A DNA stretch of 27,144 nucleotides from a virus (Duplodnaviria; Caudoviricetes): IMG/VR virus record IMGVR_UViG_3300003375_000114, positions 1 through 27,144 of that record. One strand, written 5' to 3'. The notes under the pieces are model-generated. The model saw only the letters and a program-made list of their open reading frames with translations, was not told the origin of the DNA and made no database searches. Numbering within the stretch: position 1 is the first letter of the stretch; each line of letters begins with the position of its first letter. A program made the position numbers and the translations under genes. Positions 18,889-27,144 of this stretch are shown here, in pieces.

Positions 18889-19572
18889 ATGCCAACATAC
18901 ATTTATACACCAACAGTACCGCAACCAAATCAACAGATTAATAATACGCAGCAACCAATTGAAAATAATTTCCAATATATTTATGATCTATTAGGCGTTA
19001 ATCACGTACCATTTAATACTGCAAATACATTTGGAGAACATAACTTTGTAACGTATGTACAAAATGAAATTGATCCATCAACTGCCGCAAATGAAATGGC
19101 ATTATATTCAAAGCCTGTGTCTGATGATCCTAATAGTTTAGAACTTTTTTATCGTTATCCTTCTAATGGATCTATTATTCAATTAACAGGCGCTGGAGCT
19201 GGATCTTCATCAGGATCTTCAACAAATCAAAATACATCAGGAGGTTCATGGGCGGCAGGAACTACTTCTTCAGGATATAAATATCTTGGTGGATGTTGGC
19301 AGTATACGTCGTCTGGGTTATTAATGATGTTTGGATCTGCATATTATCCTGCATATGGTACAGTTGTGCAAATTCCTGTAGCACCTGGTATACCAACATT
19401 TAATACATCAGTATTTAATGTACAAATAATGACAACCCAATCGTCTCCTGTTTCTTCGGGTAATTTTGTATGGGGTGTGAGTGCAGTAACGACAACTTCA
19501 TTTACGGTATATTGTAGTACGACATCTACTGCATCAAATACTATTATTAATTGGGTTGCATTAGGAATATAA
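18889..19572 (+). CDS. Tail fibre/spike-like protein, paralog 2
   Basis: Same N-terminal motif; ends INWVALGI; ATG 18889. Confidence 0.65.
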   Translation: MPTYIYTPTVPQPNQQINNTQQPIENNFQYIYDLLGVNHVPFNTANTFGEHNFVTYVQNEIDPSTAANEMALYSKPVSDDPNSLELFYRYPSNGSIIQLTGAGAGSSSGSSTNQNTSGGSWAAGTTSSGYKYLGGCWQYTSSGLLMMFGSAYYPAYGTVVQIPVAPGIPTFNTSVFNVQIMTTQSSPVSSGNFVWGVSAVTTTSFTVYCSTTSTASNTIINWVALGI

Positions 19573-19581
19573 AGGATATTT

Positions 19582-20229
19582 ATGGCAGTTTTTACATTTA
19601 CTAATAACGTACCACAAGCAAGTCAAACCCGTAGTGCAACACAGGCTCCTATACAAGCTAATTTTCAAGCATTTAATGAATTTATTAATGTAAATCATTA
19701 TGGATTTGGAACTAATAATGCAGGAAAGCATACGTATACTAGTCTTCCTTTTCAAAATTCTGATCCTACGACTGCATCAGGTGAAATGGCAGTATATGCA
19801 AAAGCTACTTCAGGAGGTCCTAATACTGGAGAGATATTTTATCGTTATCCATCTAATGGTACTATTGTACAATTAACAGGATCTACGACTGATGCTGCAG
19901 GTATTGCAACAAATGGATGGGCAATATTATCAGGACAATCAAGTACTACATATCCTATTATGCTGCAATGGGGGCAACAATCTGGTATTACGCAAAGTTT
20001 TTCTGGCCAATTTATTCCATTTGTTACTGGATCTTCAGTTCCATCATACAATACGACCTATCAATCTATTTTTACAACATTTATTGGTAATTCGGCTGCA
20101 ATCGTTAATTTTAATGCAAATTGTACGCAGGGCGGAAGTTCAACTGGGTTTTATTTAAGAGTTCCAGGTACAGGAACTCCATCAGGAACATTATATTGGA
20201 TGGCAATAGGACCGTGTGTATTACCTTAA
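19582..20229 (+). CDS. Tail fibre/spike-like protein, paralog 3
   Basis: Same N-terminal motif; LQWG...YWMAIG gp53-like C-terminal pattern. Confidence 0.65.
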   Translation: MAVFTFTNNVPQASQTRSATQAPIQANFQAFNEFINVNHYGFGTNNAGKHTYTSLPFQNSDPTTASGEMAVYAKATSGGPNTGEIFYRYPSNGTIVQLTGSTTDAAGIATNGWAILSGQSSTTYPIMLQWGQQSGITQSFSGQFIPFVTGSSVPSYNTTYQSIFTTFIGNSAAIVNFNANCTQGGSSTGFYLRVPGTGTPSGTLYWMAIGPCVLP

Positions 20230-20244
20230 CTTTATAGGAATATA

Positions 20245-22770
20245 ATGGCATATGATAAATTTTTAATTGGCTACCAAGATAATCGAAGTGGATTGCAGAC
20301 AAACCTTAAACCATGGTTAATTGCTGATAATGCATTTGAAGCATTAGAAGATGCATATATATTTCGCGGAAGAGTAAAAAAGCGATTTGGTTCTATTTTA
20401 ATGGGTGCTGATCAAACTGCATCTCGTTTGCGTATTAATTTAGGTAATACCAATGGTTCAGGGGCATTTTCTGGTACAGTTCCTGGGGTCGTATTTGAGA
20501 TAGGGCAAATGTTTTCTTGCGGGACAGATATTTATACTGTATATCAAACAGGAACGCCAGGATCTTGTTTATCAACATCAACGGCAACTTGTACGTATAA
20601 CACTTCAAATGGAGCGGTTGTAATTGCGGGGGCTGCAGCATCAACTGCGGTTTATTTTTATCCTGCAACGCCAGTTATGGGACTTGCTGAATATTATATT
20701 GATTCGACTGCTGAAACTCAAAACATAGCGTTTGATACTCAATTTGCGTATCAATTTAATCGAACTTCTTTAGGTTGGTACCAATTATCATCGGGTGCAT
20801 CGACATGGACAGGTTCGGATAGTCAATTTTTCTGGTCTGCAAATTACCAAGGAGCTACGGTTGCTTTAAATTCATTATGGGTGACTAATTTTAATCCTGC
20901 AGATGGTATTCGTTGTTGGAATAATAGTACATGGATACAACCAGTTATTAATTGGACGTATGGATCTTCTATAGGAACAACTAATGGGTCTGGAGCGGCA
21001 TCGGGTACGGTTCCTGGATCTTCAGGATTTATAGGACAAGTATTTAATATTGGAACTACTTCATTTGCTGTAACAGTTGCTAATGGTGCATTAACTCCAA
21101 CATCAAATGCATTAGCTGGATCAGTAGGAACTGGAACATTTGATACTGCTACAGGAGCTTATACTTTTACAGGAGCAACTGCTAATGCGCCTATTTATTT
21201 TACTGGTAATAATTACGTACAAACTGCTCAACTTATAGTACAATTTAAGAATAGACTTGTGCTTTTAAATACAGTTGAAATGGTTAATGGAACATCAACT
21301 AATTTTCCATTTAGAGCTCGGTATTGTGCAATTTCAAGTCCATTGGCTGTAAATGCTTGGATGCAAGACGTTCCAGGTAATGGAAGCGCTATTGATGCAC
21401 CGACACAAGAAGCGATTGTTACAGCACAATTTGTAAAAGACAGATTAATAGTTTATTTTACCTCATCTACTTATGAACTTGTGTACACTGGCAATGAAAT
21501 CTTTCCTTTTGTGTTTCAAAAAATTAATAACGAACTTGGAGCTGTCTCTACATTTTCAGAAATCCCTTTTGATAAAGTTACTATTGGTATCGATGATATT
21601 GGTATTCATGCATGCAATGGATCAAATGTTTATCGTATAGATACTAAAATTCCACAATATACATTCGATTTAAGTTCTGAAAATGCTGGTTTTGAACGTG
21701 TATCTGGAATTCGTGATTACTTCAATGAGATGGCATATTGGACAATAGTTCCTACGAATCGTAATAGTTCATTTTATTTTCCTAATCTTGTTTTAGTATA
21801 TAACTACGCCAATTATTCATGGTCAAAAATTCATGATTCATTTACTACTTTTGGATATTTTGTATTAACGCCTTATAGCAATGGTATTACATGGGGTGCT
21901 ACAGCAACTCCGTGGGGGCAAATTACTGATTTTTGGAATTTTAATGGTAATACGAGCAATAATACAACAGTTCGTACAGTATTAGGTGGTAACCAACAGG
22001 GATATATTTTAGTTTTACGGCCTGATACTTTTTCAAATGCACCTTCATTACAAGTAAGTTCGTTTAGTAGTTCTGCTGCAGGTATAGGTACGATTAGTTG
22101 TATAAATCATAATCTTTCATTAAATCAGTTTGTATTGCTTTCTGATATGCATGGTTTAACGTTTACTGATTCATTAGGTAATACTTTACCTAATTTGATG
22201 TGTCGTGTGACGCCTGATCCGGTTTCTGCAAATACACCTAATCAATTTTCATTTTCAGCATTGGATAATAGTTCATTACCGATTACGATTACAGGAACAT
22301 ATACTGGTGGTGGTACTGTATCATTGGTGAGTAATATGAATATACTTTCAAAACAGTATAACTTTTATACTGAACAAGATCGTAATATGTATATGCAACG
22401 CGTTGATTTCTTGGTAGATCGTACGACGAATGGTGTAGTGACTGCAGATTATTTAGTATCATCAACCCCGTTATCGATGATTAGTGAAGGTATTGGAAAT
22501 GTTGCATCTCCAGGACCATTACCTGGCAATGGTACATTAGAAACTAGCCCTTATGCATTAGCACCGTTTGAGCAGTATCAGACAAGATTATGGCATCCTG
22601 TGTATTTATATGCTGAAGGTGAATGTGTGCAATTACAATTGTACATGTCACCGAATCAAATGTTTAGTTATAATATAGTGAATAATACCGTACAATACGT
22701 TGCTTTAAATGATTTTGAACTGCATGCCATGGTATTTTATGTAACACCAACATCAGTTCGTATGACATAA
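20245..22770 (+). CDS. Putative tail nozzle / packaged-DNA stabilisation protein
   Basis: 841 aa, GRVKKRFG N-terminus, FKNRLVL and beta-propeller-like composition, podovirus tail position. Confidence 0.6.
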   Translation: MAYDKFLIGYQDNRSGLQTNLKPWLIADNAFEALEDAYIFRGRVKKRFGSILMGADQTASRLRINLGNTNGSGAFSGTVPGVVFEIGQMFSCGTDIYTVYQTGTPGSCLSTSTATCTYNTSNGAVVIAGAAASTAVYFYPATPVMGLAEYYIDSTAETQNIAFDTQFAYQFNRTSLGWYQLSSGASTWTGSDSQFFWSANYQGATVALNSLWVTNFNPADGIRCWNNSTWIQPVINWTYGSSIGTTNGSGAASGTVPGSSGFIGQVFNIGTTSFAVTVANGALTPTSNALAGSVGTGTFDTATGAYTFTGATANAPIYFTGNNYVQTAQLIVQFKNRLVLLNTVEMVNGTSTNFPFRARYCAISSPLAVNAWMQDVPGNGSAIDAPTQEAIVTAQFVKDRLIVYFTSSTYELVYTGNEIFPFVFQKINNELGAVSTFSEIPFDKVTIGIDDIGIHACNGSNVYRIDTKIPQYTFDLSSENAGFERVSGIRDYFNEMAYWTIVPTNRNSSFYFPNLVLVYNYANYSWSKIHDSFTTFGYFVLTPYSNGITWGATATPWGQITDFWNFNGNTSNNTTVRTVLGGNQQGYILVLRPDTFSNAPSLQVSSFSSSAAGIGTISCINHNLSLNQFVLLSDMHGLTFTDSLGNTLPNLMCRVTPDPVSANTPNQFSFSALDNSSLPITITGTYTGGGTVSLVSNMNILSKQYNFYTEQDRNMYMQRVDFLVDRTTNGVVTADYLVSSTPLSMISEGIGNVASPGPLPGNGTLETSPYALAPFEQYQTRLWHPVYLYAEGECVQLQLYMSPNQMFSYNIVNNTVQYVALNDFELHAMVFYVTPTSVRMT

Positions 22771-22860
22771 AACAACACCCCACGCATATTAAACATGGGG
22801 TGCAAAAAGGAAAGGATCTATTCGAAGACAATTTGAAACGTCTTGCAAAAGATCTTTTGT
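22768..22860 (-). ncRNA. Candidate antisense-strand small RNA
   Basis: Minus-strand TTGCTC-18-TACACT promoter (22890-22861) and terminator CACCCCATG/CGTGGGGTG-TTGTTTT. Confidence 0.4.
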
Positions 22861-22907
22861 AGTGTAATAAAAAATTTGAAAGTTGAGCAAGTATTTAAGG
22901 AAATAGT

Positions 22908-23447
22908 ATGGCATCTCCTCTGCAAAATAATCTTGGTTTATTTATACCAACTACCAATGTGTATGAAATTAATCAAATACAGCAACAAGGATTGAGTAAG
23001 GAGTTACTTACTACAATCTTTACTCACTTGTATCAAGATATGAATAACGTTGCTATATCGTTAAATTTGAAGGATTCTGGGTATTATTTTAACACTAATT
23101 TTATTAACGGACAGGTTTTATTCCCCAATCCAAATGTAAGTAATCCAAATTATGCAGGGCGGCAAATATTTCGTACGGTTATTAACTTTGGTGCTTTACC
23201 CAATACGACACGAGCAACTGTTCCCCATAATATTAATGTGATGTTTTCTTATAGTTTTACTCGTATTTATGGGTGTTCTACAAACCCTACAACACTTGCG
23301 TTTATACCTATTCCGTATGCTTCTGCATCTTCAGTTGCCAATAATGTAGAATTATCAGTAGACTCAACTAATGTATATATTACTACCGGAACTAACATGT
23401 CAGCATATACAACGACCTATGTTGTTTTAGAATATGTTCAAAATTAA
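22908..23447 (+). CDS. Phage structural protein
   Basis: AAGGA RBS; beta-rich C-terminus ending VVLEY. Confidence 0.75.
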   Translation: MASPLQNNLGLFIPTTNVYEINQIQQQGLSKELLTTIFTHLYQDMNNVAISLNLKDSGYYFNTNFINGQVLFPNPNVSNPNYAGRQIFRTVINFGALPNTTRATVPHNINVMFSYSFTRIYGCSTNPTTLAFIPIPYASASSVANNVELSVDSTNVYITTGTNMSAYTTTYVVLEYVQN

Positions 23448-23456
23448 AGGAATGGT

Positions 23457-24305
23457 ATGCCAAATGAAAAAAAGATACTTAAAAATCAGTTGAAGCAACA
23501 AAAAAAACAATTTAAAGCTCAAGATTTAAAAAATGAACTTGAAAATGCAAAATTAAGAAGCCAAGCACTCAAAGAAGGACGACCTGTTCCTTATGGTGCT
23601 CAAGAAAAAGCTGACTGGCGTCATTCAACCGGTCCAACTCCCACCTCTATTAAAACAACAACACCAGAACAACAGCAGATTTTACAAAATTTGTATCAAG
23701 TATTGCCACAAGGCATTAATAACCTTAATTTACCCGGCAATCAGTCTAATTTCGCTCCTATTGAAGCACAAGCTCGACAAAATTTTAATCAAAATACTGT
23801 GCCATCTCTTGCTGAACGGTTTACATCATTAGGATCAGGAAATGCATTAAGCTCACCAGCTTTTGCACAGCAGTTAGGACAATCAGCTCGTGGATTTGAA
23901 ACTGATTTAGCAGCATTAAAAGCACAATACGGACTTGCAGAACAATCACAGCAATCAAATAATGTATTTAATTCTTTAGGTGCATTTTTATCTCCTCAAT
24001 TTGATTATGGTATTGATTCAGGTAGAAATTCAGGTGTCAGAAATGCATTTGAAGGTTTAAAAAGTCTTTTACCGACACAAATTGGAGTAGGACCAGTTTC
24101 TGTTGGATGGGGAGCAAATAGCGCGTCTGGGAATGCTCAACCACAGCAACAATATACTCCTATAACAACAAATGGCAGTGGAATAGGTATGCATTCATCT
24201 GGATTTGAACAAGCACAACAAAGTCAATTATCAACAAAACAACTTGCTGGAGCTGGATATCCTATGCCTGATTTGGGAAATCCTGGAGCATTTAATTTAC
24301 TATAA
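23457..24305 (+). CDS. Putative DNA ejection / internal virion protein
   Basis: Q/G/A/S-rich, Cys-free, follows tail genes. Confidence 0.55.
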   Translation: MPNEKKILKNQLKQQKKQFKAQDLKNELENAKLRSQALKEGRPVPYGAQEKADWRHSTGPTPTSIKTTTPEQQQILQNLYQVLPQGINNLNLPGNQSNFAPIEAQARQNFNQNTVPSLAERFTSLGSGNALSSPAFAQQLGQSARGFETDLAALKAQYGLAEQSQQSNNVFNSLGAFLSPQFDYGIDSGRNSGVRNAFEGLKSLLPTQIGVGPVSVGWGANSASGNAQPQQQYTPITTNGSGIGMHSSGFEQAQQSQLSTKQLAGAGYPMPDLGNPGAFNLL

Positions 24306-24316
24306 AAGGAATTATT

Positions 24317-25522
24317 ATGGCATTTTTAGGAAATATTAATGTAGGGCAATCGACGCTTGGATCTCGTGTTGGTAAAGATTTAGGCGATGTTTTACAAAAT
24401 TTAGCTCATCATAAAGCAACCCAAAAAATAGCAAGTGAAAAAGCAAAGTTATGGCAATCATTAGGTATTGATCCACAAACTGCTCAATCATTAGTGCATC
24501 AACCAGAAAAAGTACAACAAGCATTTTTTGATCGTTGGGAACAACCACAACAGCAGCAACAACAACCAATGCAACAATCTGATATACAGTCTTCATTTAC
24601 GCCAGAACAAATGAATATGTTAAAGACTATTCCTAACCCAATGGATCGTCAAAAAGTTGCACAAGGATTTTTGCAGCAGAATCAAGGTCAAAACCAAGTT
24701 TCAAGTACTCAGCCTTCGGAACGTATTGGACAAGCTGCAGTACAGCAACAAAATATTGAAAAGGCTGCGCAAGTACAACAAGGTGGGCTGCGCCCATTAA
24801 ATTATGCTGAGCAACAAAAAGCTATTCGTGATGCTTATCTTGATCAGCGACAAGAACAAAAAGAAATTGAAAAAGAGCAACGTAAAGAAAAATACGAGCT
24901 TGCCAAATATGAACGACAACGATTTGATAAAAAGCAGGATGAATCAAAAGATTTTTTAAAGGAATTAAATAAAAAATCAAAAGCTGTAAAAGAAGCAAAT
25001 GCTCGTTTAGAAAGAATGGAAGTATTAACTCGTTCTGGAAAGCTTGATTCTCCTGGGTTTTCTTCAGGTTTAGATGCTATTGGTCATGGATTGTGGGGTG
25101 TTGGTATAAGTTTAAAACATTTGCAAAGTCCTGAATCACAAGAATTTGAAAAGCTTTCAAAAGATATGTTAAGTGGTATTAAAGATATATTTGGATCACG
25201 TATTTTAAAAACTGAAGTTGATACTTTCTTGAAAACTATTCCTAATTTGCAACAATCAAATGAAGGTAAAATTGCTGTCATTGAAAATCTTAAATTATTA
25301 AATGATGCTAAATTAGCACAGCAGAAAGTAGCACGAGAAATTATTAAAGAAAATGATGGTATTGTTCCACCAGATTTAGAATTAATGGTAGATGATAAAC
25401 TTGATGATTATCTTGATGATATTCATAAAAAGTTTGTTAATCAGATTCATACACCTGTAAAAAATAAAGGTGGATTGTTGCCAGTTTTAGGTTTTATAAC
25501 AAAATCTGCAAATGTGTTATAA
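24317..25522 (+). CDS. Putative DNA ejection / internal virion protein
   Basis: Poly-Q region, coiled coil, helical C-terminus, Cys-free. Confidence 0.55.
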   Translation: MAFLGNINVGQSTLGSRVGKDLGDVLQNLAHHKATQKIASEKAKLWQSLGIDPQTAQSLVHQPEKVQQAFFDRWEQPQQQQQQPMQQSDIQSSFTPEQMNMLKTIPNPMDRQKVAQGFLQQNQGQNQVSSTQPSERIGQAAVQQQNIEKAAQVQQGGLRPLNYAEQQKAIRDAYLDQRQEQKEIEKEQRKEKYELAKYERQRFDKKQDESKDFLKELNKKSKAVKEANARLERMEVLTRSGKLDSPGFSSGLDAIGHGLWGVGISLKHLQSPESQEFEKLSKDMLSGIKDIFGSRILKTEVDTFLKTIPNLQQSNEGKIAVIENLKLLNDAKLAQQKVAREIIKENDGIVPPDLELMVDDKLDDYLDDIHKKFVNQIHTPVKNKGGLLPVLGFITKSANVL

Positions 25523-25524
25523 AT

Positions 25525-25550
25525 ATGGGGCCTTAAGGCCCCATTCTTTT
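25525..25550. terminator. Terminator between convergent genes
   Basis: ATGGGGCC-TTAA-GGCCCCAT followed by TCTTTT. Confidence 0.8.
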
Positions 25551-25734
25551 ACTGCTTTGGCTTGTCGTTAATATCGATAATAGGTTCTATATCGACGCCT
25601 GATTCCATTTCTACTACTTTTTCAATAATTTCTTCTGCAACTCTTTCAGTTGGTGTATCACCAAAGTACAGTTTGACGCCAATGCCAATAATTAATCCTG
25701 CAACAATGATGATGCCTGAGATAAAATTAATCAT
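25549..25734 (-). CDS. Small single-TM membrane protein
   Basis: GGAGGA RBS; MINFISGIIIVAGLIIGIGVKLYF. Confidence 0.7.
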   Translation of the reverse strand: MINFISGIIIVAGLIIGIGVKLYFGDTPTERVAEEIIEKVVEMESGVDIEPIIDINDKPKQ

Positions 25735-25981
25735 TTTCCTCCTTTTCTTCATGGTTATGATTACGTACATTTATTTGTATGTTAATATCTCGATCCATTT
25801 GTTGATCGTTATGTTTGAATTGTTCCATAACCATATCTTCAATAGATTCTCTATTTTTATCTTGGTTGCGAATTATAATTTGTTGTTGCATGTCGCGAGA
25901 GGTATAACATTCATGAATTACTTTTGCTATGCCCCCAGCTGCTGTTATAACCGCCAAAACAATTGCCATAATTTCAATCAT
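25727..25981 (-). CDS. Small single-TM membrane protein
   Basis: AAGGAGGA RBS; hydrophobic N-terminus. Confidence 0.7.
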   Translation of the reverse strand: MIEIMAIVLAVITAAGGIAKVIHECYTSRDMQQQIIIRNQDKNRESIEDMVMEQFKHNDQQMDRDINIQINVRNHNHEEKEEND

Positions 25982-25998
25982 GATATCCTCCTTGAATG

Positions 25999-26907
25999 TT
26001 AAAAAAATTCAATTACCCATATCGCTCCTGCAGCCCCACTTCCACCTGCGCCAGATGATGTTCCTGTTACTGAACCACCACCACCACCTCCAGATCCTCC
26101 AGGTGCTCCACCAGCTCCTCCAGTTCCTGGTCCTGAACTAAATTGTCCTGCTCCGCCACCACCACCAGAACCACCGCTTATAACACCTACAGATGCAGAT
26201 GCCACTGCAAGGCCATTTCCTCCATTAATGGTAGATGTTGCAATACCACCAGCTCCACCAGCAAGAGAAGTAGTATTAACAAAAATTATGTTACCACCAG
26301 CACCTCCTGAATTTGCTGATGCTGTATTACCACCACCACCGCCGCCACCGCCAGCTCCATATGGTAAAGGTGCACCTAAGTTACCAGCTTGGTTTGCAAT
26401 AGCTGCATTTCCTGCACTGCTTGATCCAGCGCCAGCTGCAATATTGTTGACACTATACGTTCCTGTAGCTCCTACTGTAAAATATAATAATCCATTCCTA
26501 CCAGAAGCATTACCTGTAGCTGTATTACCTCCATTAGCAAATGTTGTTTGCGCCGTTGCAGATATATATCCTATTGTAGTAGCCGTTTGTCCACCACCAC
26601 TATTACCATTGGTTGCAGCTGTTGTTTGCGATGCTGCACCTGCTGATGTACCACCAATTGTTATAGTTTCTGAACTGTTAAAAATAGAGACTGGAATTCG
26701 TTCAACATACAAACATGTTGAACTATTACCACCGGCTCCTCCACTTGATGCAGCACTTGTTCCTTGTCTTCCAGAACCTCCACCACACCCACTCGACATA
26801 CCAAACACTGTTACAAATTGAGTTCTTATGTTAGGCGTCCATGTTCCCGATGAGGTAAAATAAGTTAATAGACATGATTTATTAATTGTATTATTTGCTA
26901 CTGCCAT
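25999..26907 (-). CDS. Glycine-rich phage tail-associated protein
   Basis: FTSSGTWTP...GGGG repeats...G.IWVIEFF. Confidence 0.8.
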   Translation of the reverse strand: MAVANNTINKSCLLTYFTSSGTWTPNIRTQFVTVFGMSSGCGGGSGRQGTSAASSGGAGGNSSTCLYVERIPVSIFNSSETITIGGTSAGAASQTTAATNGNSGGGQTATTIGYISATAQTTFANGGNTATGNASGRNGLLYFTVGATGTYSVNNIAAGAGSSSAGNAAIANQAGNLGAPLPYGAGGGGGGGGNTASANSGGAGGNIIFVNTTSLAGGAGGIATSTINGGNGLAVASASVGVISGGSGGGGGAGQFSSGPGTGGAGGAPGGSGGGGGGSVTGTSSGAGGSGAAGAIWVIEFF

Positions 26908-26916
26908 TGTAATCTC

Positions 26917-27144
26917 TTATGCTAAAAATTCATAAATATAGACAGTCCCAGTACCACCATTACCACCTGCGCCTGAGTTAGCACCATTGATAGATCCACC
27001 GCCACCACCGCCACCACCGCCAGGAGCTTGTCCATTACCACCTTTGCCTCCTGCGGGTCCTGAGGATTGTCCACCACCGCCACCGCCACCAGCTCCACCA
27101 GCCATAAAGCATCGTAATGAATTGGTACTTGATCCATCTTGTCC
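26917..27144 (-). CDS. Glycine-rich protein, C-terminal part (truncated by window edge)
   Basis: Frame open to 27144; ends GTVYIYEFLA, paralogous to the neighbour. Confidence 0.75.
   Translation of the reverse strand, partial: GQDGSSTNSLRCFMAGGAGGGGGGGQSSGPAGGKGGNGQAPGGGGGGGGGSINGANSGAGGNGGTGTVYIYEFLA

Noticed and set aside
18188-20229. Diversity-generating retroelement targets
   Set aside because: No reverse transcriptase and no near-identical TR/VR pair seen in the window
26228-26821. Pro-rich plus-strand ORF
   Set aside because: Antisense of GGT/GGA Gly codons

Overview
An AT-rich segment of a tailed (podovirus-like) bacteriophage or prophage. The + strand runs from an HTH replication-type gene and RusA-like resolvase through terminase, portal, a cluster of small His/Lys-rich proteins, a probable scaffold, an M15 peptidase and a moron-like pair of secreted proteins. 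It continues with a phage-borne GroES/GroEL operon, a tRNA-like element, the major capsid gene, and head/tail/ejection genes. A convergent minus-strand block (two membrane proteins, two Gly-rich proteins) ends the window. Highlights cluster around the capsid gene. (1) It is split by a 745-nt group I intron (13770-14514) carrying an antisense LAGLIDADG endonuclease with its own promoter and RBS. (2) Its 5' leader holds three tandem 27-nt units with different sequences but the same predicted pseudoknot, with compensatory changes. (3) Upstream lie a GroEL with a roofless GroES and an atypical tRNA-like element. A candidate antisense sRNA sits at about 22768-22860. All calls come from reading the sequence; no searches were run.
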